The notes: generated from the sequence alone by a model not told the origin. A stretch of 32,000 nt of DNA from Staphylothermus hellenicus DSM 12710 (GCF_000092465.1 NC_014205.1:1440001-1472000), one strand, 5' to 3'; positions 7,040 through 17,771 are shown, numbered from the stretch's first letter. A program made the numbers and translations.

Positions 7040-7301
7040 ACCCTAAACCTCCTAATAATGAATCAGTATAGGACCCTGTTATATATTTTTGCTGTATCCC
7101 CCTGTAGAATAGATTACCTAGCCAGCTCTAATAAGACCTTATCTCTTAGATCCACCTTATTCAATCCTCAAACACATTCGTTAATGATTTTTGTTTATCC
7201 TAATAATATGTTTTAGTAGAGATATTTAGACAAAATGGGGGCTGTGTTCTGGAAGATATTTTTAACTATTTAATATATCTTATATTTTTCTGAATTAACC
7301 T

Positions 7302-8324
7302 GTGAGGGTTAGAAATAAAGTGAAAACAGTGTTTTTAGCTTGGGGTAGAATTGGTAGAAGAACTGTTGAGTTATCTAGGGAGCTAGGCTCCTACTTATTA
7401 TTTATACCTGATAAACCCCCATATTTGAAAGCATATTTTAAAACAATAAAGTTCTTATCAAGATTTCAGCCTAAAACGGTAATTCTCCAATTGCCGCAGG
7501 GGCCGTTATTATTTAGTTCTATTATGCATAGGAAAAAACATCATTATAATGTTGTAGCAGATGTTCATACAGGTTTCTCCATATATGATTCTTGGAAAAG
7601 CCTTATTCTTAATAAACCATTTCATTGTTTTCTCAAATACTGCGAACTAGTTATAGCACATAATGATCCTTTCCGAGAATACCTAGTTAAAACTAAAGGG
7701 TTAGATCCTGAGAGAGTGGTCACCGTATATGATCCCTTCCCTAAAATCCCTGAAAACCCTAGAAAACCCATTAATATAGATGTTGAACCATTCAAATACA
7801 TTGTTTTCCCAGCAGCATGGGATCCCGATGAAAACCTGGAGTTCATTGTTAGGGAATACTTATCTTCAACCGCTAGTAGAACCTATAAGTTATTGTTAAC
7901 AGGTAATTATAATAGAAGGAAGAGATTAGCTGAGAAAATAAGGAGAAGTAGCGATAAAATAGTTTTAACAGGCTATGTAGGGAATAGAGAATACTACTGG
8001 ATCTTAAAATATTCAAAACTAGTAGTTACAGGGACCACTAGAGAATACACAATGCTCTCAAGTATATGGGAATCCCTCGCACTCGAGAAACCATTTATTA
8101 CGAGCTATACATATACACTTGGCAAGATCCTGGGTAAGAACACATTATACTACACCTATAAGGAGGGTTCTCTTAGGAAACTATTAGATACATGTTTGAA
8201 TAATAATGCCTGCCTAGTTTATCTGCGGAAAAGAATAACTACATTAAAAGAAAATATGAAAACATTATCTAGGAACAGCATAGAAAAGCTGAGGATAATA
8301 ATAAATAGACTCAACGAGCTGTGA
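7302..8324 (+). CDS. putative glycosyltransferase (GT-B-like, divergent)
   Basis: 340 aa, GTG start, first gene of the glycan cluster. Two-lobe layout and a degenerate acidic motif (WESLALEKP) in the C-terminal half. Weak family evidence. Confidence 0.4.
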   Translation: MRVRNKVKTVFLAWGRIGRRTVELSRELGSYLLFIPDKPPYLKAYFKTIKFLSRFQPKTVILQLPQGPLLFSSIMHRKKHHYNVVADVHTGFSIYDSWKSLILNKPFHCFLKYCELVIAHNDPFREYLVKTKGLDPERVVTVYDPFPKIPENPRKPINIDVEPFKYIVFPAAWDPDENLEFIVREYLSSTASRTYKLLLTGNYNRRKRLAEKIRRSSDKIVLTGYVGNREYYWILKYSKLVVTGTTREYTMLSSIWESLALEKPFITSYTYTLGKILGKNTLYYTYKEGSLRKLLDTCLNNNACLVYLRKRITTLKENMKTLSRNSIEKLRIIINRLNEL

Positions 8325-8327
8325 AAT

Positions 8328-9482
8328 ATGAGGAACGCGTTAGTTATACATACTAGTCTAAGCGGTTTAGGCGGTGCGGAGAAGGTATCATCAGCTATTA
8401 TCGAGTCATTGAAGAAAATGAATTATTATGTGAAACTATACACAATGGAGCCTACTAATTGGAAACAATTAATCAATGTTTTCAATATAGAACCCAAGAC
8501 TTTACCCCATGAATACTATAATTTGCTTCCATTCCATATAAGGAAATTCACAATATATACCCGTTTAATAGCCTCTAAAATCATGGAGTCAAAGATCAAG
8601 CGGGGATATGATATTGTTATTAACACTCATGGAGACGCATTACCCATAGCTACCGATATAGTATATATGCATTTCCCAGGCTTTGCAGCCATGGAATATT
8701 ACCCACATAAACATAGAAGCACCGGCTCAATAATTAACAAAATATATCTTGCAGGATACGATTTTTTAAGAAGACATCTAACCCCAAGCTTTGAGAACTC
8801 AACTATTCTATGTAATTCTAGTTTTAGCAGAGCAGTCATAAAGCTCAAGCTCAACATAGATGCCCAAGTAGTATATCCACCCATAGATATAGAGTTTTTT
8901 GGAAAAGCATATTTTAGGAAAAAAGGAAGTGAACCCTACAATATAGTTTCAATAGGCAGGTTCTCTCCGGAGAAAAACTATGAATTCATTGTTGAGATCG
9001 CTAAGAGGCTGAGAGATTTAAAATTCTTTATTATTGGAAGCATTGGTAATCCAAAGAATAAATCTTATTTCCTAAAAATACTTGGTTTAAAACATAAATA
9101 TAGCTTATCAAACTTAATACTAGTCCCCAATGCTTCTCATAGAAAACTATTAGAAATACTAACATATTCAAGGGTATTACTGCATACTATGAAGTATGAA
9201 CATTTTGGAATGGCTATAGCGGAGGGAATGGTTGCTGGATTAGTCCCAGTTATTCATAGATCTGGTGGAGCATACTATGATATTATCAAGAGGGATAAAT
9301 ATGGATACTCTTATAGAACCATAGATGAAGCAATTGAAAAAATATGGGAAGCTCTAGAAAATTATCCCAGAATATATGGGAAAATACACGATTATGCTTC
9401 CAAGGAGTTTGGCAGGGAAGAATTCCATATAAGATTCAAGAAGATATTAGATTCTATTACAAACCAAGACATTATTGTTTAA
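8328..9482 (+). CDS. glycosyltransferase family 4 (GT-B, retaining)
   Basis: 384 aa. N-terminal GGAEKV and C-terminal EHFGMAIAEGMVAGLVPV (E-x7-E motif) are typical GT4. Confidence 0.85.
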   Translation: MRNALVIHTSLSGLGGAEKVSSAIIESLKKMNYYVKLYTMEPTNWKQLINVFNIEPKTLPHEYYNLLPFHIRKFTIYTRLIASKIMESKIKRGYDIVINTHGDALPIATDIVYMHFPGFAAMEYYPHKHRSTGSIINKIYLAGYDFLRRHLTPSFENSTILCNSSFSRAVIKLKLNIDAQVVYPPIDIEFFGKAYFRKKGSEPYNIVSIGRFSPEKNYEFIVEIAKRLRDLKFFIIGSIGNPKNKSYFLKILGLKHKYSLSNLILVPNASHRKLLEILTYSRVLLHTMKYEHFGMAIAEGMVAGLVPVIHRSGGAYYDIIKRDKYGYSYRTIDEAIEKIWEALENYPRIYGKIHDYASKEFGREEFHIRFKKILDSITNQDIIV

Positions 9483-11031
9483 GCATCCTAGTTCTCAGAG
9501 AATATAGTTTCTTATACATCCTCCACCTACCAACAACATTAACTGTCCTCACACTCCCCGCTATTTTCTCCAATAACCCTATATGATCGGTTAAATGACT
9601 TATCGGGTATCCCAAGAACAATAAAGCGATCGGTGCCGGTATAGTGTTGGGAACAGGATTCGGCAGTAAGTCTAGGTTAAACATGTTGTCTTCGAAATAT
9701 GCACCAAATATGCCATATCTAGCATGGGATGCTATACCTCTATTAGAGATCTTCTTCGAATATATTGTTCCGGACACTATAACTTTATCATCATCTGGAC
9801 CGGGGATTATAACTAGTCCAGGAGCCCTGTTTACATAGGGCCCCTCGAATACTTCTTGGGGATGTTTAACTGTTATGTTATATTTCCTAAGGGCCATCTT
9901 TAATTTATTAATAGTTTCTGGACTCTTATCGTTTAATACTATATAGAATCTAGGCGGTGCTGTTGCTTTATCAGCGGGTATGAAAGCCTTTGAACGTGTA
10001 AAATCTATTCCGGTCTCATATTCTAATTCAAGATTATATCCAAGTTTTGAAAATAGTTTTCTTGTTATTCTTAATAATGCTCTTGAGAATGGTCTTAATA
10101 GCTCGGAAGAAGCTATCTTGTATAATGTGCCTTTTACATGGAACATTTTTGTATCTCTGCTCTTATCGGCAGTATCTACTGAGCCTGATTCCTTGCTGGT
10201 AAGAGGCTTGGTAATGAATGATTCCTCGTATAGGATCCTGTTCACATATATTCTCCCCCTATAATACTTGAACCCGTGATCCGAGACAATTACAATGTTT
10301 CCAGTGGCTGATATAATGTCTTTAATAATCTTATCTATCTCGGAATAGATCTTGTTGAGCATAGATAATTTCTTTGCTGCAATTTGGCATTTATGGAGAA
10401 GAGAGTCTGGGAAGGGGGTTGCGAACCAGTAGAAGTCATAGTTTTTTCTCAATGCTTTCTCAATTATTCCATGATATACCTCCAGAAGTTCTCTACCCTT
10501 ATCCAGTGCTTCGCATTCAATAGTTTTGTGGAATTTAACCGTATTTACAGCTTCTATGTAGTCACTGTATTCATTCAATAGGCTGGGAGGACTAGATAAT
10601 ATCTTTGGAGCAAAGAAGCCTATTTGTAAGATCTCAGCGTTCCTAACGGGTATTAATGGGTATCCTGGAATAATGTTTAATAGAAACATTCTGGTCTTAC
10701 CATTTAATAAGCCTATGGTCTCATGTATTCTTGGATGCTCTAGTTCATTAGCTGTTACTAGTTCTGCAACCCACTTGTTCTCAGAGACCACTCTGTATTT
10801 GAAGAAATCAAATATTCCATGTTTTCCAGGATTAACCCCGGTCATAATAGAGGTCCAAGAAGGCAGTGTTACTGGGGGTATACAATCCATATCCCTCAAA
10901 ACCATTCCCTTATCGATCAGTCTCTTCAAGGTAGGCATATATCCTTTTTCAACACCGTATAACAATATCTCTCTAGACATACCATCAAGACCTAGAACTG
11001 CAAGTTTCCCTGATCGCTTATTTAGATGCAT
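9472..11031 (-). CDS. AlkP-superfamily enzyme (type I phosphodiesterase/nucleotide pyrophosphatase fold, COG3379-like), paralog 1
   Basis: 519 aa. Metal and nucleophile motifs VLGLDGM, PPVTLPSWTSIMTGVNPGKHG and VSDHGF. No TM segment. Confidence 0.75.
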   Translation of the reverse strand: MHLNKRSGKLAVLGLDGMSREILLYGVEKGYMPTLKRLIDKGMVLRDMDCIPPVTLPSWTSIMTGVNPGKHGIFDFFKYRVVSENKWVAELVTANELEHPRIHETIGLLNGKTRMFLLNIIPGYPLIPVRNAEILQIGFFAPKILSSPPSLLNEYSDYIEAVNTVKFHKTIECEALDKGRELLEVYHGIIEKALRKNYDFYWFATPFPDSLLHKCQIAAKKLSMLNKIYSEIDKIIKDIISATGNIVIVSDHGFKYYRGRIYVNRILYEESFITKPLTSKESGSVDTADKSRDTKMFHVKGTLYKIASSELLRPFSRALLRITRKLFSKLGYNLELEYETGIDFTRSKAFIPADKATAPPRFYIVLNDKSPETINKLKMALRKYNITVKHPQEVFEGPYVNRAPGLVIIPGPDDDKVIVSGTIYSKKISNRGIASHARYGIFGAYFEDNMFNLDLLPNPVPNTIPAPIALLFLGYPISHLTDHIGLLEKIAGSVRTVNVVGRWRMYKKLYSLRTRMLKQ

Positions 11032-11145
11032 TATCTATACCTCATGCCTCATATATTCATATATTTGCTTATACCAATGTTATCACAATAGATGGTTATT
11101 TAACTTTGTAAGATGGAGACTATTAAAGAAAGTGGTTGAAGTTAT

Positions 11146-12174
11146 ATGAAGGTGCTTGTCGGCATTCCTACATATGGTAATGTGAGGTTTGGATACACTA
11201 TTAGGGAAACTCTTGAGGGACTAGTTAATCAGACATTTAAGGATTTCAGGGTTCTCATAGTATATAAACCTATGAAGGATGATAAAACCTTGGATGTAGT
11301 GTCTGAGTATAGTGATAAATTAGATGTAGAAGTTCTTGTTCAGAGAAATGGGTATTTTGTTGATGCTGTTAATATGATCTTGGAGGTGGCTAGGGATTAT
11401 GATATAACTCTGACTACTGATGATGATGCAATACCAGGACCTAAATGGGTCGCAGAACACATTAGTATGCATCGTGCACATGAAAAAATAGGTGTTCTCT
11501 CAGGCTTAGTGAATAATTCGTTTCGTGTAGAAATAGGGTCTGGAAATAAATTTTTGGCCTTTATTAAGAAAATAAGTGGGTTTTATACTCCTCTTTTTAA
11601 GGACTATATTGAGCGTGGATATATTGGGTATATAAATGATATAGGTTTATCGGTTATTAATCCTAGCTACGATTATGAATATGTGAAACATAGAGATAAA
11701 ATATATGGTCCACCAATAGGAGTTAACATGAGTTTTAAAAGCAGGCTTTTAGACAACTTTGGTCTTCCTCCTTATAGTATTAAGGGCTTACATAATGAAA
11801 ATTTGCTTGCAACTTATTATTTAATAAAGTATAAGATGTATTCTTCGATATTTAGAGGTGCTAATGTTATCCATTTAGAGAGAGAATCATTATCTAGAGC
11901 AAAATCAAAGGAAGAGTTATGTAAGCTTTTAGCCGAGCACTGTCTTCTACCTTATGGACTTTATAGTATTGGGGTCAAAGTTAATATGAGAAAACTAAAG
12001 TTGTATTCATTGATCAAACCCCTATATTCAAGGTTGAAGGAAACGTATCGTTATGATGGATGCTTGTATGGGATTAGATTAGCTATTGAAGCTATAGAGA
12101 ATAATTATACACCATTAGAGGTAAGGAATAAATTAAAAAATTCAATCTATAATAAATGCAAAGTAAACTTATAA
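11146..12174 (+). CDS. glycosyltransferase family 2
   Basis: 342 aa. N-terminal VGIPTYGN..TLEGLVNQTFKDFRVLIV and DxD-type TTDDDAIP are typical GT-A/GT2. Confidence 0.8.
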   Translation: MKVLVGIPTYGNVRFGYTIRETLEGLVNQTFKDFRVLIVYKPMKDDKTLDVVSEYSDKLDVEVLVQRNGYFVDAVNMILEVARDYDITLTTDDDAIPGPKWVAEHISMHRAHEKIGVLSGLVNNSFRVEIGSGNKFLAFIKKISGFYTPLFKDYIERGYIGYINDIGLSVINPSYDYEYVKHRDKIYGPPIGVNMSFKSRLLDNFGLPPYSIKGLHNENLLATYYLIKYKMYSSIFRGANVIHLERESLSRAKSKEELCKLLAEHCLLPYGLYSIGVKVNMRKLKLYSLIKPLYSRLKETYRYDGCLYGIRLAIEAIENNYTPLEVRNKLKNSIYNKCKVNL

Positions 12175-12235
12175 AGCCTAGTAAGGAAGACCTTAGCCAA
12201 TAATGTCTTAATAACGACCTAGGAGGCAATATTAC

Positions 12236-13771
12236 ATGGATACGGATAAGAAGACTATTAGTGTAGTAGGATTAGATGGTTTAGGAAGGCAGTACTTGGC
12301 AAAAATGATAAACTCGGGAGAAATGCCCTACCTAAAACATATTGTTGAAAATGCAGATGTTAATACCAACATATACTGTTTTCCCCCCTCCACGCCTTCC
12401 TCATGGCCCAGTCTAATGAGTGGCGTTAACTTAGGTAAGCATGGAATATATGATTTCCTAAAATATAGTAATGGAAAGATAAGATTGTTTAATGCATTAG
12501 ATCTGGGGCATCCTCGGATACATGAAATGATGGCAATGCTTAAACAACCCGTTCTCATGATAAATCCTGTTCATTCTTATCCCATTATACCTGTATCCAA
12601 CACTATGCACGTTATTTCATTAACATTCTTCACTCCCAAACCAGTGGTTTATCCGAGTTATCTCCGTAAATATATAGAAAATTATAAACAATACACATAT
12701 AAATCACTCAACGAGTTTTTTGAAAACTATATCAGTGATCTCGAATATAGACTTGGTGTTATAGAGGAGTTAACGGGAAAATATAATTACAGGCTTATCT
12801 GGGTAAACTTTGAAGTACCAGATCGGTTGTTGCATTTAGCAAGCGAACAAAAACGATATAACATATTAGATAAATTGGTATTAAAGCGTGAAAGAATTAT
12901 TTTTAGGAAATTAGATAAAATAATTAAGTTCTTAAGCAATGAAACTGATAATGTCGCCATCGTTTCTGATCACGGTTTTCACTGTTATAATAAAAGGATA
13001 TCTATAAATACTATCCTGTATAAACATGGCTTTGTAAAACCTGCTGAGAAAGGATTAAGTACTGAGGCTGAGGAGGAATTATCAAAAGTATTGCTGAAGA
13101 AAAATAACCCACAGAAAATTATTCCTGCAGATAATCCATTAATTAAAATTGCTAGAAAACCTATTATAAAGCCTGTAGCCAGATTAATAAATAACTTGTA
13201 TACAAAACTAACCAAAAAAGGAATAATGATTGAGTTCCCAGATGTAGATCACACGAAATCAAAAGCATTTCTTTATAGTGAATTATCATTTGCTATAATC
13301 ATTAACAGGAAAAAATATAATGGAGACCCTATGCGAATAGTTGAGATAATTAAGAGATATGAAGGAATAAAACATGTGTGGTTAAAGGACGAAATATTTT
13401 CTGGACCTTATCTAGGGGAACTGCCGGATATCTATATATATCCTGATTTTGACAAAGGATACTATATCGTTAAACCTAAAATCTATGATAAAATCTACGA
13501 AAGCAGACCAGTGCTCCATCATCATCCATTAGGGATCTTTATTATGAAAGATCTTAATGAGTATAAGTTGAAACATAAAATAATTAACAATACAGCTGTA
13601 GCCTCCATAATTATGGGCTGGTTAGGCATTCCTCTGAGTAGTTGGATTGATGATAAAGAATTGGTGGCGAGAATTTTCGGTGGAAATGTAAAATATACTG
13701 ATAGATACATTAATCTTTGGAATTTGAATAAGAGAATATTTGCAGCGAGATTCTTTAAAAGTAGAAAATAA
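12236..13771 (+). CDS. AlkP-superfamily enzyme (type I phosphodiesterase/nucleotide pyrophosphatase fold), paralog 2
   Basis: 511 aa. Collinear with 9472-11031 (VVGLDGL, PPSTPSSWPSLMSGVNLGKHG, HPRIHE, VSDHGFH). Confidence 0.75.
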   Translation: MDTDKKTISVVGLDGLGRQYLAKMINSGEMPYLKHIVENADVNTNIYCFPPSTPSSWPSLMSGVNLGKHGIYDFLKYSNGKIRLFNALDLGHPRIHEMMAMLKQPVLMINPVHSYPIIPVSNTMHVISLTFFTPKPVVYPSYLRKYIENYKQYTYKSLNEFFENYISDLEYRLGVIEELTGKYNYRLIWVNFEVPDRLLHLASEQKRYNILDKLVLKRERIIFRKLDKIIKFLSNETDNVAIVSDHGFHCYNKRISINTILYKHGFVKPAEKGLSTEAEEELSKVLLKKNNPQKIIPADNPLIKIARKPIIKPVARLINNLYTKLTKKGIMIEFPDVDHTKSKAFLYSELSFAIIINRKKYNGDPMRIVEIIKRYEGIKHVWLKDEIFSGPYLGELPDIYIYPDFDKGYYIVKPKIYDKIYESRPVLHHHPLGIFIMKDLNEYKLKHKIINNTAVASIIMGWLGIPLSSWIDDKELVARIFGGNVKYTDRYINLWNLNKRIFAARFFKSRK

Positions 13772-13819
13772 CGGTTGCTCAGTCTAGTAGCGGGAATACT
13801 TGGTTGTGAGGCTTCATAT

Positions 13820-15349
13820 ATGGGTCTTAACAATAGTGATGTTGTGATTGATTATGATGAGATAAGATCTCTTAGGGTGAGGTATTCTTCAATAGTTAAT
13901 TATTCTTATGTAGTTTATCGTGCATTTACGTCTTTGTTGTTTTCTATCATAGTGATTCGTAGGCTTCCGCCTAGCGAGTATGGTTTGTTTTCATTTATAA
14001 TTGCATTAATTGGTTTATTTGTTCCTTTAAATAATTTATGGAATTATTGGTCTTTCCGTTTCTATGCTCGGAAAAGATATGGTTTATCTTTTGCAGCGTT
14101 TGCAATAACTATTATTTATGGCTTTGTAGGTTTTGCATTGATTTATTCATTGTTATTTCTTGGTTTTCAAGAATACTTGTATGGTGTTGTGGCTGGATTA
14201 ATATTTGTTGGTCAGGGTCTTTATTTATATTTTAAAAATCTTCTATATGCTACTAGACCCTATCTTGTAGGTTATATTAGCATGGTTGGTGAGACTCTTA
14301 GGGTTTTATCTGCGTATTTTTTCGTTGCTGTATTTAATCTACGTGTTATTGGTGCTTTATCATCATTAGTTGTTGTTTTTTTATCAAATAATTTATTAGC
14401 TATATGTTTCTTAGCGCGCATATCTGGGTTGCCCCGCCTTGTTTTCAGCAAGGAGGATTTACGTGTATTGTTTGTGAATGCATATATACCTCTTCTTCAA
14501 ACAATTAATCAACAAATAAAATTATCTATTGAGAGATTATTTACCACGCTATTTACTGGTTCTACATTGTTTTCCGCATACTTGGGAGTATCCTATATTA
14601 GTAGGAGCTTTGTTAGTGGGAGAGGCTCGTTTACTAGAAGTCTTTCATCGAGATTATTAAGGCTTGGTGTTTCTAGTGATATAGAGGATGTTCTGCGTAT
14701 ATTGGTGATTTTATCGTTTTTAGTTAGTGGAGCATTCATTGTTTATTCCCGTACAGTTCTGAGTATTTTTAGGAGGGAATACTTGGATGCACAGATACTG
14801 TTAATACTCTACACTATTGGAGCATTGATCGATGTTTTTGCCAACTTTTTCTCTTCGATCAGCATTTCCCTTGAAAAATCTGATCTGGTCTTTCATGGTG
14901 GTAAGTTGAAGGAGACTGTTTTGTTTAGGAATCCTTTTGCTGTATTTTTAGCAAATATATCTTATGTTTCGGCTGGAGCAGTAGCTTTTATGTCTATGTA
15001 TGTGGTTTTGGGGGTGAGGAATATTGTGTTTCTACTTATACCGTTTCCGATAGCTTATATAGTTGCTTATATTCCTTTGCTAGTAGTTTTTTATCGTAGG
15101 AGTATTGAGAAGATACAGTATAGTATTCCGTGGAGAGAAGTAATGGCTTCTATTGTTGGTGTGGCTTGTTTTTCTGTTTTTGGAATTGTTACGGGTTATT
15201 CGAATATTGTGGTTAAGAGCTTGTATAGAGACTATATTTATATATTGATCATTGCTGGGTATTCTCTCGCTATCTATTTTGTAGTCTTGTATTTATTGTC
15301 TCCTTGGTTTAGGGAATTTGTGAGGAAGGTTGTAGAGGAGATTTTCTAG
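13820..15349 (+). CDS. polytopic membrane protein, Wzx/MOP-type oligosaccharide flippase-like
   Basis: ~12+ hydrophobic helices along the whole length, and the last gene of the glycan cluster. ATG at 13820 is preferred over the upstream TTG at 13775. Confidence 0.6.
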   Translation: MGLNNSDVVIDYDEIRSLRVRYSSIVNYSYVVYRAFTSLLFSIIVIRRLPPSEYGLFSFIIALIGLFVPLNNLWNYWSFRFYARKRYGLSFAAFAITIIYGFVGFALIYSLLFLGFQEYLYGVVAGLIFVGQGLYLYFKNLLYATRPYLVGYISMVGETLRVLSAYFFVAVFNLRVIGALSSLVVVFLSNNLLAICFLARISGLPRLVFSKEDLRVLFVNAYIPLLQTINQQIKLSIERLFTTLFTGSTLFSAYLGVSYISRSFVSGRGSFTRSLSSRLLRLGVSSDIEDVLRILVILSFLVSGAFIVYSRTVLSIFRREYLDAQILLILYTIGALIDVFANFFSSISISLEKSDLVFHGGKLKETVLFRNPFAVFLANISYVSAGAVAFMSMYVVLGVRNIVFLLIPFPIAYIVAYIPLLVVFYRRSIEKIQYSIPWREVMASIVGVACFSVFGIVTGYSNIVVKSLYRDYIYILIIAGYSLAIYFVVLYLLSPWFREFVRKVVEEIF

Positions 15350-15360
15350 TATCTATATTT

Positions 15361-15549
15361 TTACCTGATCCTTATTCTGTTTACTTTTTTGTTTTGCCAA
15401 CTATATCTTCTTATTCTCTTGCTTCTCCCGAATCCGCATGCTGCACAGTATCCTTTTGCTACGTTGAATGCGTATCTTCCGCATCTTCTACATCTTATAT
15501 GTGTTTTGCTTCTTCCATGTTTACCCCTGCTTGATGTTCCTTTTCCCAT
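15361..15549 (-). CDS. rpl37e: 50S ribosomal protein L37e
   Basis: [30 protein letters not shown] zinc-ribbon signature, 62 aa. Confidence 0.95.
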   Translation of the reverse strand: MGKGTSSRGKHGRSKTHIRCRRCGRYAFNVAKGYCAACGFGRSKRIRRYSWQNKKVNRIRIR

Positions 15550-15587
15550 AGGGGTTGCCGCCTCCCATGTGTTATTGTATTTTTGTC

Positions 15588-15815
15588 TTAGCCTTTGATG
15601 GGTGAGATTAGTATTACTGTGTCTCCTCTAATAACTATTGTTCCCAGCTTTCTTGTTGAACCGTTTTCTCTTATTTCTTCTGCATCGTCTAGAACAATGT
15701 TTAGGTGTTGATCATAGCTTTTCAGTTTTCCGCGGACTTCTCGTTCTCCTTTAAGTTTTATTAAGACTATGTCTCCGAGGTGTTCTAATAATATCTTATG
15801 TGCTGTTTCAGCCAA
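15588..15815 (-). CDS. Sm-like archaeal protein (LSm/SmAP)
   Basis: 75 aa. Sm1 motif ([29 protein letters not shown]) and Sm2 motif ([13 protein letters not shown]). The LSm-L37e gene pair is conserved in archaea. Confidence 0.9.
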   Translation of the reverse strand: MAETAHKILLEHLGDIVLIKLKGEREVRGKLKSYDQHLNIVLDDAEEIRENGSTRKLGTIVIRGDTVILISPIKG

Positions 15816-15984
15816 GCATATACACCCTTGAATCTTATTGTTTTATTGTTGTTTACATAGCTTAAACTTGTTAATCAAGCTTCATATCTGCTTATATCCT
15901 ATATCTCGTTATGTATCTAAGCATATCTAGTCGTTAATATAATTTATTATGCTTTAAAAAGATTCATTTATGAGGTGTTCTTTG

Positions 15985-16470
15985 ATGGCTAGAAGATATG
16001 TGTTATCTAAGCGTGAGCGTAGACGGTTGTTGGAGGAGTTGGAGCAGAGGTATGGTAGTATAGGTGTGGGTAAGAATGATGTTGTCGAAATATTTGAGGA
16101 GAGGAACAAGTTTAAAATACTTATCATAAATAATGTGCCAGCCTTTATATTCTACGAGGATAAATGGATTCCTCACCTAAAATACCTTCTCAGAAACCCC
16201 AACATAAAAGCTCCCATAGTAGTTGTTGATATGGGTGCTGTTAAGCCGTTGCTTAGAGGCGCTGATTTAATGGCGCCAGGTATACGTGAGATTATAGGGG
16301 TTTTTGGGAGGGGGGATGTTATAGTTGTTGTGGAGGAAAAGTATCGTAAACCCTTCGTTACAGGCATAGCTCTTGTTGATTCCAACGATATAGTTTCTGG
16401 TAAGATTAAGAAAGGTAAGGTTGTCAAGAATATTCATAGGATAGGAGATAGTTTCTGGAATATGTTATGA
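15985..16470 (+). CDS. PUA-domain RNA-binding protein (MCT-1/Tma20-like)
   Basis: C-terminal PUA signature (LLRGADLMAPGI ... GKVVKNIHRIGDSFW). ATG 15985 is preceded by GAGGTG. The ORF could start at 15970. Confidence 0.75.
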   Translation: MARRYVLSKRERRRLLEELEQRYGSIGVGKNDVVEIFEERNKFKILIINNVPAFIFYEDKWIPHLKYLLRNPNIKAPIVVVDMGAVKPLLRGADLMAPGIREIIGVFGRGDVIVVVEEKYRKPFVTGIALVDSNDIVSGKIKKGKVVKNIHRIGDSFWNML

Positions 16471-16773
16471 ATCACTATTTTTCATTGTCTCCATGTAATC
16501 CTTCGATATCATCTCTCTATATATCCCGTATCCTCCAATACTAGTTATAAATCCTGATAATCCCATCATCAACATAGCGTTTCTCTCCCCTATTAATTCC
16601 CTATATTCTTTCTCGGCAGAATCATTAATTGCCCGCACAAATATTCCTTGAGAGGATTCATAATACTCTATTCTCTGCCGCAACCCAGTGTTTATAATAA
16701 TGGTTGCAGCACAGATAACTATTCCTATAATGATCACTAGCAACAATACCTGCTTATCCGTATTTTTTCTCAA
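16465..16773 (-). CDS. hypothetical small membrane protein
   Basis: 102-aa ORF, TTG start, two hydrophobic segments. No recognisable family. Confidence 0.35.
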   Translation of the reverse strand: MRKNTDKQVLLLVIIIGIVICAATIIINTGLRQRIEYYESSQGIFVRAINDSAEKEYRELIGERNAMLMMGLSGFITSIGGYGIYREMISKDYMETMKNSDS

Positions 16774-16952
16774 GACAGATCATCTATTATTTTAAATATA
16801 TTAGCTCAACGGGTTTTTCCTTCCTTACAGATGAGTATACTATATTTTGGTATTAATATTATTAAGTAAGTTGTTCACAATATGTTTTTATAAGGTTTAA
16901 TATCCTTATTTAATGAGTCAGACAAACTATTTAGTATTAGAGGGGTTAAAAT

Positions 16953-17753
16953 ATGGGTTTCAACGAAGGAGACTTCGTACTGGTAGAGTATACAGTTCGA
17001 GTAAAAGAAACCGGTAACATAGTTGATACTACAGATGAAGCATTGGCTAAGAAGGAAAACATATATGAGTCTGGAAGAATCTATGGTCCAGCATTGATCG
17101 TTATAGGTAAGGGCTGGATCAATAAGGTTGTGGAGGATACTATTAAGGAGATGAATATTGGTGAGGAGAAAACTGTTGAGGTTCCCCCTGAGAAGGCTTT
17201 TGGACAAAGAGATCCTAGTAAGGTTAGGATTTTTAGTATGAGAGAGTTTAGGAGGAGAAACATCAAGGTTAGAGTTGGTGATGTAATAGATTTTGGCGGT
17301 GTTAAGGGGATTGTTAAGAGTATTAGTGGTGGTCGAGTAGTTGTTGATTTTAATCATCCATTAGCTGGTAAGACACTAATATATAAAGTTAAGGTTGTAG
17401 GTGAGCTGGAGGATCTAGTGGAGAAGATTAGGGCATTGGCTGTTAGGTATCTCCAAATACCCGGCGAAGAATTAGATGTTAAGTATGTGTCTGAGGAGAA
17501 GAAAGTAATAATCAGTATACCTACAAAGTATATTACTAGGAAAGATCTACAATACGCCAAGGTATCACTAGCAACAAGTATATATGAGTTCTTCAAGGAA
17601 GATGTTGATGAAGTAGTTTTCCAAGAAGAATTCAAGTTTAAGAAGGCGGAGAAGAAAGGAGAGGCGGAAGAGAAGAAGGAAGAGATGGGTGCAGAGAAAG
17701 AGAAGGCTGAGGAATCGAGCAGTCAAGAAACAGGTGAGCAGGGATCTCCATAG
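16953..17753 (+). CDS. long-type archaeal FKBP peptidyl-prolyl isomerase (with IF insert and C-terminal domain)
   Basis: GDFVLVEYTVRVKETG, the EKAFGQRDP flap/IF boundary and VVVDFNHPLAGKTLIYKVKVV are FKBP/SlyD hallmarks. Ends in a Lys/Glu-rich low-complexity tail. Confidence 0.85.
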   Translation: MGFNEGDFVLVEYTVRVKETGNIVDTTDEALAKKENIYESGRIYGPALIVIGKGWINKVVEDTIKEMNIGEEKTVEVPPEKAFGQRDPSKVRIFSMREFRRRNIKVRVGDVIDFGGVKGIVKSISGGRVVVDFNHPLAGKTLIYKVKVVGELEDLVEKIRALAVRYLQIPGEELDVKYVSEEKKVIISIPTKYITRKDLQYAKVSLATSIYEFFKEDVDEVVFQEEFKFKKAEKKGEAEEKKEEMGAEKEKAEESSSQETGEQGSP

Positions 17754-17771
17754 TTACCCTAGGTTTTAGTT

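Noticed and set aside
10673-11149. 158-aa plus-strand ORF, and similar 60-160-aa ORFs (e.g. 818-1132, 9980-10264, 16875-17357, 17354-17635, 23655-24005, 25692-26000, 28274-28588, 29424-29684, 31185-31499)
   Set aside because: All lie antisense within longer ORFs that have clear family signatures. They show low-complexity Ser/Leu/Ile-rich translations typical of shadow ORFs in AT-rich genomes.
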